Positions 29,154-39,859 of a stretch of 64,000 nucleotides of DNA are shown here, piece after piece. A program made the position numbers and the translations under genes. The DNA lies in NCBI GenBank assembly GCA_963806155.1, contig CAWDXC010000018.1, positions 112,605 through 176,604 on the forward strand. The letters run 5' to 3'. Each line of letters begins with the position of its first letter. Positions within the stretch are counted from its first letter, which is position 1. The notes under the pieces were generated by a model, which searched no databases, was not told the origin of the DNA, and was given only the letters and a program-made list of their open reading frames with translations. This DNA is from an uncultured Actinomycetes bacterium. Its GTDB lineage: Bacteria; Actinomycetota; Thermoleophilia; RBG-16-64-13.

Positions 29154-30844
29154 ATGAAAGTTGTCATCGTCGGGGGAGTGGCGGGAGGCGCGTCGTGCGC
29201 CGCGCGCCTGCGTCGACTGGACGAAAAGGCCGAGATTCTCTTGCTGGAGCGCGGTCCCTACGTGTCGTATGCCAACTGCGGACTGCCCTACCACATCGGC
29301 GGCGTGATCGAGAAGGAAGAGAGCCTTCTGGTGGCGACGGAACAGACCTTCCGGGCCGTGTTCGCGATCGATTGCCGGACCCGCTGCGAGGTGACCGGCA
29401 TCTCGCCCGAGGCGAAGACCGTGGAGCTCAAGAACCACGAGACCGGCGAGGTCACCACCGAGAAATACGACAAGCTCGTGCTTTCGCCCGGGGCGGCTCC
29501 CATCCGTCCGCCCCTACCCGGGATCGACCTCCCGGGGATCTTCTCGGTGAGGACCGTGCCGGACGCGAGGGAGATCCGGGAGTGGCTCGAACGGGATTCG
29601 AGCGATCTGTCCGTGGAGAACACTTCCGCCGGATTCAAGCCGGTGGGCACAGCCAAGCGGGCGGTGGTGGTCGGCGGCGGATACATCGGCCTCGAGATGG
29701 CGGAGAACCTGGTCCATCGCGGGCTCGAAGTGACGGTCGTCGAGATGCTCGATCAGGTCATGGCCCCGCTCGATCCGGAATGCGCCCGGCTCGTCGAGCG
29801 CCACCTGGAACAGCCACGGCGTCCGTCTCGCGCTGGGTGACGCGGTGGCCGGATTCGAGCAGACCGCCGGCGGCTCGCTCGAGGTTCTCACGAAATCCGG
29901 CAAGGTGCATCCGGCGGACATCGTGATCCTGGCCATCGGCGTGCGTCCGGAGACCGCGCTCGCGAAGGCGGCCGGGCTCGAGATCGGCGAGCGCGGCGGC
30001 ATCCGCGTGGACGAACACATGCGCACGAGCGACCCGGACATCTTCGCCGTCGGCGACGCCGTCGAAGTCAAGGACTACGTCACCGGCGAATGGTCCCTCA
30101 TCCCCCTGGCCGGGCCGGCGAACCGGCAGGGCCGGATCGTGGCCGACGTGATCGCCGGGCGGGACTCCCGCTTCCGCGGCACCCAGGGCACCTCGGTCAT
30201 CGGGATCTTCGGAGCCACGGTCGCCATGACCGGCGCCAACGAGAAGATGCTCGTCCGGCTGGGCGCAGACGGACTTCGAGAAGATCTATCTCTTCCCGAA
30301 TTCGCACGCGGGGTATTACCCGGGCGCCAAGACGATCGTGCTGAAAGTCATCTTCCGCAAGTCCGACGGGCGTCTCCTGGGGGCGCAGGCTCTCGGCCTG
30401 GACGGCGTCGAGAAGCGGATCGATGCCCTGGCCATGGCCATCCAGATGGGCGCCACGGTCTACGACCTGGAAGAGTCCGAACTCTGCTACGCGCCCCCGT
30501 TCGGGAGCGCGAAGGACCCCGTCAACTTCGCGGGGATGGTCGCCGCCGACGTCCTCCGGGGCGACATGCCGCTCGCTCACTGGGCCTCGGTGGACGGGCA
30601 GTTCCTCCTCGACGTGCGCAATCCGGCGGAGCTCGCCGCGGAGCAGGTGGAGGGCGCGGTCAACATACCGCTGCCGCAGCTCCGCGCACGCCTGGGCGAA
30701 CTGCCCCGCGACCGCGAGATCCTGGTCATCTGCCGTTCCGCCCAGCGCGCCTACTACGCGACGCGCATCCTTCTGCAGAACGGGTTCAAAGCCAGAAACC
30801 TCTCCGGAGGCATGATGTCGCGTTCGATGCTCGGGACGAAGTGA
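29154..30844 (+). CDS. CoA-disulfide/persulfide reductase with C-terminal rhodanese (Cdr/Npsr-like); frameshifted
   Basis: GGVAGGASCAARLRRL, SYANCGLPY redox Cys, GGGYIGLE, IFAVGDA, PLAGPANRQGR, YAPPFGSAKDPVN, rhodanese LLDVRN...VICRSAQRAY. Confidence 0.9.
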
Positions 30845-30909
30845 AATGAAAGGTCAATGGATAACCCACGACGCGGCCACTAGCGCAGCGAAGCAAAGGA
30901 GAAGGCAAC

Positions 30910-33329
30910 ATGAGTAAAGACGATGTGAAGACTTCCACGGGTCGGGTGAAGGTCGATACCGCACGCATCGATCGGCTGAAAGAACAACTCAGGAGCACTC
31001 CTGCTGAGGTCGATTTCGAGCGGGTCAGGATCATGGAGGAGGTGTACGATGACACTGCCGGCTACCAGCAGATCATCTGCAGAGCCAAATTCATGGCAAC
31101 CCTGCTCGAGAGGAAAGCGTTGTACATCGACGACAACCTCTTTGTGGGCAGCATGGCAAGCACCGTCAATGGCATCTACACCTATCCGGAATGGCAAGTG
31201 GATTGGATGAAAGAGGAGAATACCGTTGAGAGAAGTGTAAGACCCCGGAAGACCGGAAGGCGAACGAATGGGCGCTCGAATACTGGGACAAGCGTGCGCT
31301 GAAGCCCCGCACGCTTGAGATATTCGAAAGGAAGTATGGTTTTGATCCGCGCCCTTCCTATGCTTCCGGCAATGTCATTAGTTTCTTTGACTGGCCCGGT
31401 GGCGGCGGCAACCTGGACTATCCCCGGGTGTACAGGAATGGGCTTGCCAGCATGATCAAAGAGGTCGAGGAGCGAGAGGCGGCCCTCGAGATGCGGCTGC
31501 CGAATGCCGACAAGTTCGCCTTCTATGAAGCCAGTCTCATTGTCATGAGGGCCTTTATTCGCCTGGCTCACCGTTATGCTGAACTGGCCAGAGAGATGGC
31601 GGCAAAAGAGACGAATCCCGTCCGCAAGCAGGAACTGCTCGACATCGCCGAGATCTGCGAATGGGTGCCCGAGCATCCGGCCCGCAACCTGAGAGAAGCC
31701 ATCCAGTGCCACTTCTTCTGTCACATCGTCTCGGAGATCGAGCAGGTGGGTTGCGGCTATTCTGAGGCTTACCTGGGCCAGAACTTCGAGCCGTTCTATC
31801 AGGCCGACAAGGCTGCCGGTCTGATCGGATATGACGAGGCAGTCTTCATGTTCGAGAACCTCGTCATCAAGCTGAACGAGATCGGCTATTACTATGGCGA
31901 GAAGGTCGCCTTGCAGAACTCTGCCGACCTGGGTCAGAGCATCTCGCTCGGAGGCTATACCGAGGATGGGGATGATGCCACCGCAGAAATGGATTATGTG
32001 ATCCTGGATGCATGCAACTACCTTCACTTGCCACAGCCTCCGCTGACGTGCGTCTACACGGAGAGAATGAGCGGCAAATTCCTGGAAAAGGTCCTGGATG
32101 TGATCGGCACCGGTATCGGCATGCCTCAGTTCGTGAATGGCGATGTGATGGTGAAGCGCGCCTTGAATCTGTTCGCTGACTCCAAGAAGGGCCTCACACT
32201 CGAAAAAGCCAGACGCACCGCTATCGGCGCCTGCGTGGGTTCATACATTCCCTACGAAACAGGTCACCCGGTGGAAGGGCAGCCCAACCTGGGGAAGGTC
32301 ATCGAGTTGACGATGAACGATGGCTTCGATCCCCGCACCAAGCAGCAGGTCGGACCCAAGACCGGGGATCCCGAGACCTTCAAGACCTTCGAAGAACTCT
32401 ACGCGGCATTCCAGAAGCAGATAGATTTCAATGAGGAGGTCCTCCGCCGGGGTGCATGGATCGCCAGCATGCTGTGCGCTGACTTCCTCCCGACTACCTG
32501 GCGCTCGCTCCTGACCGGGGGCTGCATTGAAACCGGCACCGAGGTCTGGAATGGCGGAGCCAATTACTACACAACTGCGCAGATCGTTGTCGGTGGCGTT
32601 GACGCCGCCAACTCGCTGATGGCGGTGAAAAAGCTGGTCTATGATGACAAGAAGATCACCATGGCCGAACTGAAGAAGGCGCTGGCCGCCAACTTCGAGG
32701 GATACGAGAATGTACGCAAGATGTGCTATGAAGCTCCCAAACATGGCAACGACATTCCTGAAGTGAACAAGCTGACTCGTAGGGTGTTCAATAGTATCTA
32801 TGACGCTTTCCAGAAGGTAGATGGCGGCGGCAACTACATCAGCCAGGACATCAAATCAGCGCCGGATGCCTATACCAAGAGCATCCACAACCTGATGGGG
32901 CTGGTGACGGGCGCGCTGCCGAACGGTAAATATGCCGGGGTTGCACTCACCGATGGAAGTCTGTCGGCCATGCCGGGCACCGACGTCAACGGACCTACCG
33001 CGTTGGTGATGTCTGCGGCGAAGAGTCAGGATGCCATCAAGTACACCGCAACGCACATGAACATGAAATTCCCGCCCGATCAACTGAAAACACGCAAGGG
33101 CCGGGATAACGTGCTGAATCTTGTCAAGACCTATTTTGACAATGATGGCTATCACATTCAGTTCAATGTCCTGGACACCGCAATACTCAGGGACGCACAG
33201 AAGCACCCTGAAAACTACCGCGACCTTGTGGTTCGGGTGGCCGGTTTCAGCGCTTTCTTCACCAAACTGGCCCCGGGTGTGCAGGATGAGGTCATTGCTC
33301 GTACCCTGCAGAGTTTCGGCACGAACTGA
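30910..33329 (+). CDS. Glycyl radical enzyme (PFL superfamily) of uncertain specificity; one frameshift near 31235
   Basis: C-terminal HIQFNV..LRDAQKHPENYRDLVVRVAGFSAFF (glycyl radical); Cys loop AIGACVG; CEWVPEHPARNLREAIQ; about 800 aa when joined. Confidence 0.92.
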
Positions 33330-33342
33330 GATTCAACCTGAA

Positions 33343-33377
33343 CCGGTGCGGCGTGGCCCTGCGTCACGCCGCACCGG
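33343..33377 (+). terminator. 13-bp perfect GC stem-loop after the GRE gene, no U-tract
   Basis: CCGGTGCGGCGTG-N9-CACGCCGCACCGG. Confidence 0.6.
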
Positions 33378-33452
33378 ACACCTGCTGATCGCGCGCGACG
33401 CGAAGACGTGCACGATCAGAAGGAAGGTACATCATGATTACGGAAGTAGGTC

Positions 33453-34613
33453 ATGCCAGTCTTCCTGAGACGGATCGCCATCATGGTGGGCGCCGGCTTC
33501 GTTCCCGGCATGAACGCCGTGGTGATGGGCGCGGCCCTGGCTGCGGGCAAACTGGGATGGGAGATCGTCGGCATCCGCGATGGCTTCGACGGGCTGCTGC
33601 ACCCGGATCGCTACCCCGACGGCGGGCTGGTGACCCTCAGCCCCCAACTGGTCGAGAACCTGGATCCGGCCGCCGGGGGCATCCTGGGCCAGTCGGCGCT
33701 GGGTCGATCCGTTTCATGTCCGCACGGTCGACGAAGACGACATGGTCGAGGAAGTGGACATGTCCGACGAGCTGCTGAGAGGGCTGCAGGCGGAGCAGAT
33801 CGATGCGGTGATCTCCGTCGTCGGCGGCCGCGGGCTGAGCATCCTCTACAAGCTCCATCGCAAGGGGCTCAACACGGTGTGCATCCCCCGCTCGATCGAG
33901 AACGACATCGCCGCCACCTCGGTGTCCTTTGGCTTCAACAGCGCCCTCAGCTTCACCATCGAGATGCTCGACCGGGCTCGTCAGGCGGCCCAGTCTGCCC
34001 GCAAGATCGCCGTGGTGGAGGTCCTGGGCGAGCAGGCCGGATGGATGGCGCTGCAGGCCGGCATCGCTGTCGGCGCCGATGCGGTGCTGATTCCCGAGAT
34101 CCCCTGCGACCTGCAGACGGTGGCCGCGCGGTTGAAGGAAAAGATGACACCCAGGCGGCCGTACGGGCTGGTGGTGGTGGCCGAAGGGGCGAAGCTCGGT
34201 CGATGACCCACAAGCCCAGGCAGAAGCCATCCTCGCTCAAGGCTTCCTGTCGCCGCTGGCAACCGGCGAGGCCAGCGACCACGTCATCCAGCGATCGGGC
34301 CAGGCCGCCGAGACCGTGGCCAGCAGGCTGCAACTGCTGATCGCCGAGGAAACCCAGCCACTCGTCCTGGGTCTCTGGGTCAGGGGCGGCGCCCCCACCG
34401 CCGTCGACCGCCAACTGGGGCTGGCCTACGGGGCCGGGGCGGTACGGGCCGCTGAACGCCGGCAAGAACGGGGTGATGGTGGCTTTCGTGCCGCCCGACA
34501 TCAAGTTCGTGCCGCTGGCGGAGGCGATCAACAAGGTCAGGACCGTGCCCGCGGACAGCGAATTCGTGCAGATCGCCCGCTCGCTCGGCATCAGCCTGGG
34601 GAGGGAACTATGA
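33453..34613 (+). CDS. Phosphofructokinase (PfkA)-fold protein with substituted catalytic motifs; frameshifted
   Basis: RIAIMVGAGFVPGMNAVV, GIRDGFDGLL, VVGGRG, IPRSIENDI, SFGFNSAL, VVEVLGEQAGWMAL, ADAVLIPEIP, VVVAEGA, LGLWVRGGAPTAVDRQLG. Confidence 0.85.
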
Positions 34614-35550
34614 ACACCCCATCCACCAATCAATCCGGCTCTGACCGGCATCGTTCTCAATATCCAGCGCTATTGCAGCCATGACGGTCCGGGCATCCGC
34701 ACCAACGTCTTCCTCAAGGGCTGCTCGCTGCGCTGCAAATGGTGCTCCAATCCCGAAAGCATCCACCCCAAGCCGGAGCTGGCCTACGACCCCCAACATG
34801 TGCATCGGCAAGAAGGCATGCGGCCTCTGTCTGAAGCCGCCCTTCCCGAAGGCGCTTTCTACGTCGTCGAGGGCGCCGACGACAAGGTCAGGGTCAACTG
34901 GGATCTGGCCACGGACGTCGACGAGGCGTTGGTCTCGCTCTGCCCGACCAACGCGCTGGACATGTACGGCAAGACGGATGACCGTCGACGAGGTGCTGGA
35001 CGAGGTGGAGAAGGACGCTTCCTTCTACCGCAATTCCGGCGGCGGCATGACCCTGAGCGGCGGCGAGTGCCAGCTGCAGCCCGACTTCGCCGCGGCCCTG
35101 CTGGCAGGGCGCCCACGAGCGCGGCATCAACACGGCCATCGAAACGGCCTTCAACGTGCCCTGGTCTTTCTGCGAAAAGGTGCTGCCCCACGTCGATACG
35201 GTGCTCCACGACCACAAGCTGACCATCCCGGAGCGGCACAAGAAGTGGACCGGCGTGAGCAACGAGCGCGATCCTGGCGAACATCAAGAAGGCCTACGAG
35301 ACCTTTCCCGACATCGACTTCATCGCCCGCACGCCGCTGATTCCCGGCGTCAACGCCGACGAGGAGCACATCCGGGCGGTCCTGGCGTTCATCCGCCCCT
35401 ACAAGAACGTGATCGACTACGAGCTCTTGCCCTATCACCGCTTTGGCCTGGGCAAGTACGAGAGCCTGGGCGTGGTGTATGAGCTGGACGACTACAAGAC
35501 GCCGTCCGACGAGCTGGTCGCGCACCTGCAGGCCAAGGAGGGCGGGATGA
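34610..35550 (+). CDS. Glycyl-radical activating enzyme (radical SAM); frameshifted
   Basis: [35 protein letters not shown] (CxxxCxxC), [36 protein letters not shown]; ATGA-coupled to the PFK-like gene. Confidence 0.9.
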
Positions 35551-36855
35551 ACACTGACAACCTGATTACGGCCGAAGAATTGGCCGCGCGCCTCAAGATG
35601 GCCGCCGAAGGCATGAAGAAGAAGCCCGGCTTGATGAAGTCCACCGTCGGCTACATGGAACTGGTCCACAAGTACGTGGAGCGGATCGTCACGGCCAAGG
35701 AGAAGGGCAAGTTGGTGGTCGACCCACGGCACCCAGCAGCCCCTCGAGATCTACGAGGCGATGGACGTGGTGGGCGTCTTCAACGAGTTCTGGGGCGTCA
35801 TCTCGGACGTCGTGAAGGTGGAGTCCGTCCCCGAGGCCTTGAGCATCTCGCCGTCGACCGGCACGCCGAAGGAGGTCTGCTCGTTCTTCCGGAACATGGA
35901 CGGCCTGATGCACGCCGGCAAGTGGCCCAAGACGGACTGTCTTTCTCTACGCCACCTCCTCGTGCGACAACGTCAAGGCCTTCCACACGCTGGGCCGGCG
36001 CTACGGCATCCCCGACTTCGGCATGGAGCGGCCCTACCACCCGTTCACGCCCCAGGCGATGGAGCACTGGAAGAACGAGCACAAGCGGCTGATCGCCTTC
36101 CTGGAGGAGCAGACCGGAAAGAAGCTGGACTACGACCGCCTGAAGGAGACGGTGCGCCTGTCCTACCGTCTCACCGAGCTCAGCCCTCGAGATCGACGAT
36201 CTCGTCGCCCATGTCCCGACGCCCATGTCCGCCGAATGCTTCGGCGGCGTGCTGCTGGCGCTGCGCCTGATGTGCGGGACCCAGGAGGCCGTGGACTTCC
36301 TGGAATGCGCTGAAGGCGGAGCTCCAGGAGCGCGTGGACAACGGCATCGCCGCCGTCAAGCCGGAGCGCTTCCGGGTGATGTGGAGCAGCTTCACCCCGT
36401 TCTGGGACACCGGCGCTCATGGCCTTCATGCAGCAGAAGTACGGCGCGGTCTCGGTGTGCGAGGTGCTGTCAGCGCTGGCGCGGGGAGGCGAACTGGCTG
36501 CTCGATCCGGACGATCCGCTGGGCAACCTCGCCTACCGGACCCAGCTCGCACCCGGCAACTGCCAGTACTCGCCCTCGATCGACTGGGCCGCGCAGGTCG
36601 TCGAGCAGGCCCGCAAGTTCAAGGCGGACGGGGCGATCTTCAACAACAACTGGGGCTGCAAGCAGGCTGCGGGCCTCGGCCCGATCGTCAGGGACGAGCT
36701 GCTGCGTCACATGCAACGTGCCGACGCTCACGCTCAACGTGGACGTGATCGACGCCACCTTCACCAGCCGGGCCGAGGTCGAAGCCCAGCTGGACAGCTT
36801 CTTCGAGATGATCGAGGCGAGCAAGGCCTACCAGGAAAGGAGGGCAATCGCATGA
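35547..36855 (+). CDS. 2-hydroxyacyl-CoA dehydratase / class I benzoyl-CoA reductase subunit (O/BcrB-like); frameshifted
   Basis: AAGGAGG RBS; EVCSF, SCDNVK, LIAFLEEQTGKKLDYDRLKE, KADGAIFNNNWGCKQ, PTLTLNVDVID, QLDSFFEMI. Confidence 0.8.
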
Positions 36856-38005
36856 ACACGCCACTGCAAAGCTCTGAACGAAATGCAAAGGCTGACCTCT
36901 CCGTTCCCGGAGAGCGTCACCGTCAAGGACTGGAAGGCCGCGGGCCAAGAAGGTGATCGGCTGGGTCAACCCCTACGTGCCGGAGGAGATCATCTACGCG
37001 GCCGGGATGCTGCCCTTCCAGGTCACCGGCAACAACGAGCCGGTCCAGATGCAGGGGGCCGAGGCCTACATCCTCGTCCAACTCCTGCTCCTACATCCGC
37101 ACCTGCTGGCAGCTGCAGCTCGACGGCAAGTACGGCTTCCTGGACGGCCTGGTCTCCTCCAGCATGTGCGACCAGGACAAGCGGCTGTACAGCGTGTGGG
37201 AGTACTACCAGAAGCTGCCCTACATGGACATCCTCTACGCGCCGCGCAAGCGCGACGAGGAGGCGGTCAAGCTGTACCTGGCCGATCTCGAGGACTTCAG
37301 GGACCGGCTCTCCCAGTACGGGCTGAGGCGGATCCCCGACCGGGACATCGCCGACGCGATCCGGGTCTACAACCGGGGACGCGAGCTCATGCACCAGCTC
37401 TACGAGCTGCGCAAGCGCGATCGCCCGCCGGTCACCGGGGCCGAGGCCCTGGAAGTGAGCAAGGCGGCCGCGCGCCTGCCGCGCGAGCGGTTCAACGAGC
37501 TGATGGAGCAACTGCTCGACGAGATCCAGCGCAGCGGGCGCGAGATCAAGAAGTCCCGGCGCCTGATGGTCATCGGCAACGACCTTCACAACGCCACCCA
37601 GATCGCCGCGCTCGAGTCGCTGGACGCGGTGGTGGTCGTCGACGAGATGAACTGCGGCATCCGCTACGCCTGGGGACAGGTGGACACCGCAGCTGCCGCC
37701 GATGGAGGCGCTGGCCCGCTACTACGTGCTGGGCCGTCCGGTCGACATGCACACCTGGAATTCCGACGGGCGACTCGAGTTCATCGGCGAGATGGCCGAG
37801 CAGTACAAGGTCGACGGGATCGTGTCCGAGATCGTGCGCTTCTGCACCTACAACGGCTGGGACAAGTTCGATCTCAAGAAGCAGATGGAAGCAGCGCGGC
37901 ATCCCGATCCTGGAGATCGACCTGGAGTACGGCCACCCGGCGGGAGCGCAGGTGAAGATCCGCGCCGAGGCGTTCATGGAGATGCTGGAAAGCCGGGCCA
38001 GTTAG
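36852..38005 (+). CDS. 2-hydroxyacyl-CoA dehydratase / class I benzoyl-CoA reductase subunit (N/BcrC-like); frameshifted
   Basis: IGWVNPYVPEEIIYAAGMLP, SCSYIRTC, MCDQ, VVVVDEMNCGIRY, YKVDGIVSEIVRFCTY, GIPILEIDLEY..AQVKIRAEAFMEML. Confidence 0.82.
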
Positions 38006-38034
38006 CCCGGCGGCCACAGAAAGGAGAACAGAGT

Positions 38035-38837
38035 ATGGCTGTCGTTGGAATTGACCTGGGATCGCAGTCCACCAAGGTGGTGATCCTGGAAGGCGACGTG
38101 ATCGTCGGCGGCGCCTCGCTGCAGACCGGGGAATCGGCGGAGACCGAGGCCCGGATGGCGGTGCAGGAGGCTCTGCGGCAGACGGGCCTCAAGCGCGAGG
38201 ACCTGAAGGCCGCGGTGGCGACCGGCACCCTCAGCGTGCCCGTCACCGCGGCCGTGCAGCGAAGCAACGCTCGGCGGCGAGTTGCATCGCCACGGGAGCC
38301 TACTTCCGCTTTCCCCAGGCGCGGACGGTCCTGTATATCGGCGCCGACAGCTCGATGGCCATCCGGATGTCGGCCGATGGCCAGGTCGAGGACTCGGTGA
38401 AGAACGAGCGCTGCGCGGTGTCCTCGGGGGCGCTGCTGGACATCGTGAGCCGCATGCTGGAAATCCCGGTGGAGGAGTTGGGCCCGCTGTCGCTGCAGGC
38501 CACCGCCCCGCAGACAGTGTCCAGCCGGTGCGTGGTCTTCGCCGAGGGCGAGATCCTGTCCTTCATCCACAAGGACCCGCCGGTCCCCGTTCCCGATGTG
38601 CTCGCGGGCGTGAACCAGTGCATCGCCGACGGCCTGTGGGGGATGGTGCAGAAGGTGGGCGTGCCGTCCGAGCTGCTGCTGTGCGGCGGGGTGGCCCGGA
38701 ATGTGGGCATCGTCAAGGCGATCGAAGCCCACCTGGGCAAGCCGGCGCTGGTGCCGCCGCAGCCGCAGTACGTGCGGGCACTGGGCGCGGCCGTGTTCGC
38801 CCGCCAGCTCCAGCAGGAAGGAGGTGCGTCATGCTGA
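38035..38837 (+). CDS. BadF/BadG/BcrA/BcrD-type (ASKHA) activator subunit P-like, degenerate ATP motifs; frameshifted
   Basis: GIDLGSQSTKVVIL, KNERCAVSSG, SSRCVVFAEGE, CGGVARNVG, ALGAA. Confidence 0.82.
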
Positions 38838-39691
38838 CGATGGGAATCGACATCGGTTCGCGCAGTTCCAAGTGCGTCATCCTCGACGACGGGCAGTTGC
38901 TGACCTACGGCAGCATCGAGACCGGCCCCAACATCGTCAAGACGGCCCAGGCGGTGGTGGAGGCGGCCGTCCACCGCCGCACCGGCCTGTGGGGCGAGTA
39001 CCGGATGCCGTTGCCCGACGTGAAGGTCGACCATCTGAAGATCGAGGACATGGCCTGCATCGTGTCGACAGGCTACGGACGCGCCGTCGTGCCCTTTGCC
39101 CATCGCGCCATCACCGAGATCAGCTGCCACTGCCGCGGAGCGCAGTGGTTCGTGCCCGGGGTCTCCACGGTCCTCGACGTCGGCGGGCAGGACAGCAAGG
39201 GCATCCGGGTCGGTGCGAAGGGCGAGGTCGCCGACTTCGTGATGAACGACAAGTGCGCCGGCGGCACCGGTCGCTTCATGGAGATCGTCGCGGAGGTGCT
39301 GCAGGTTCCCCTGTCCGAGATCGGTCCGCTGTCGCTGCAGAGCACGAAAGTCCTGCCGTTCAGCACGACCTGCGCGGCCTTCGGCCGGGGGGCGGCGGTC
39401 GCGATGCTGAAGGAAGGCGAGCGCAAGGAGGACATCCTGGCCGGGCTGCACGAGGCGATCGCCACGCGGGTCACGGCACTGGTCAGGAAGGTCGGCATCG
39501 CGGACAAGTTCGTGATCACCGGCGGCATCGGCAGGAATGTCGGGCTGGTGAGCAAGATCGAAGAGAGGCTCGACGGGTTGAAGGTCACCCTGCCGCAGGA
39601 ACCGATGATCGTCGGGGCCGTGGGGGCAGCCCTGTTCGCCCTCGACCGGGCCCGGAAGAAGAACGCTGATAAAGGAGCCGAAAAGCTTACC
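38831..39691 (+). CDS. BadF/BadG/BcrA/BcrD-type (ASKHA) activator subunit Q-like
   Basis: GIDIGSRSSK, STGYGR, TEISCH, LDVGGQDSK, MNDKCAGGTGRFME, STTCAAF, TGGIGRNVG, GAVGAALFA; as sequenced it reads through into the rhodanese remnant. Confidence 0.88.
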
Positions 39692-39859
39692 ATGAAAGCA
39701 AACGAGTTACTCAAACGCATCGAGGCCAAAACCGCGCCGGTCATCATTGACCCGCGCAGCGAGATCGAATTCAAGAAAGGCCACATACCGGGCGCCATCA
39801 ATGCCCTCGAGTTCGATATAGCAACGCAAACAGAGGAGACCATCGGTGGACACCGCTAA
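39692..39859 (+). pseudogene. Truncated rhodanese-domain remnant
   Basis: MKANELLKRI..VIIDPRSEIEFKKGHIPGAIN, then ends before the active-site Cys loop; overlaps the next start. Confidence 0.55.

Noticed and set aside
30910-33329. Calling the GRE pyruvate formate-lyase, choline TMA-lyase or benzylsuccinate synthase
   Set aside because: No Cys-Cys pair, no C-x-E loop, no microcompartment genes and no bssB/C small subunits.
33453-34613. Calling this gene glycolytic pfkA
   Set aside because: Catalytic and F6P-binding motifs are substituted, so no gene symbol is assigned.
38282-39859. 525-aa ORF as a single protein
   Set aside because: The N-terminal third is an off-frame reading of the preceding activator gene; the real start is ATG 38831 with a GGAGG RBS.
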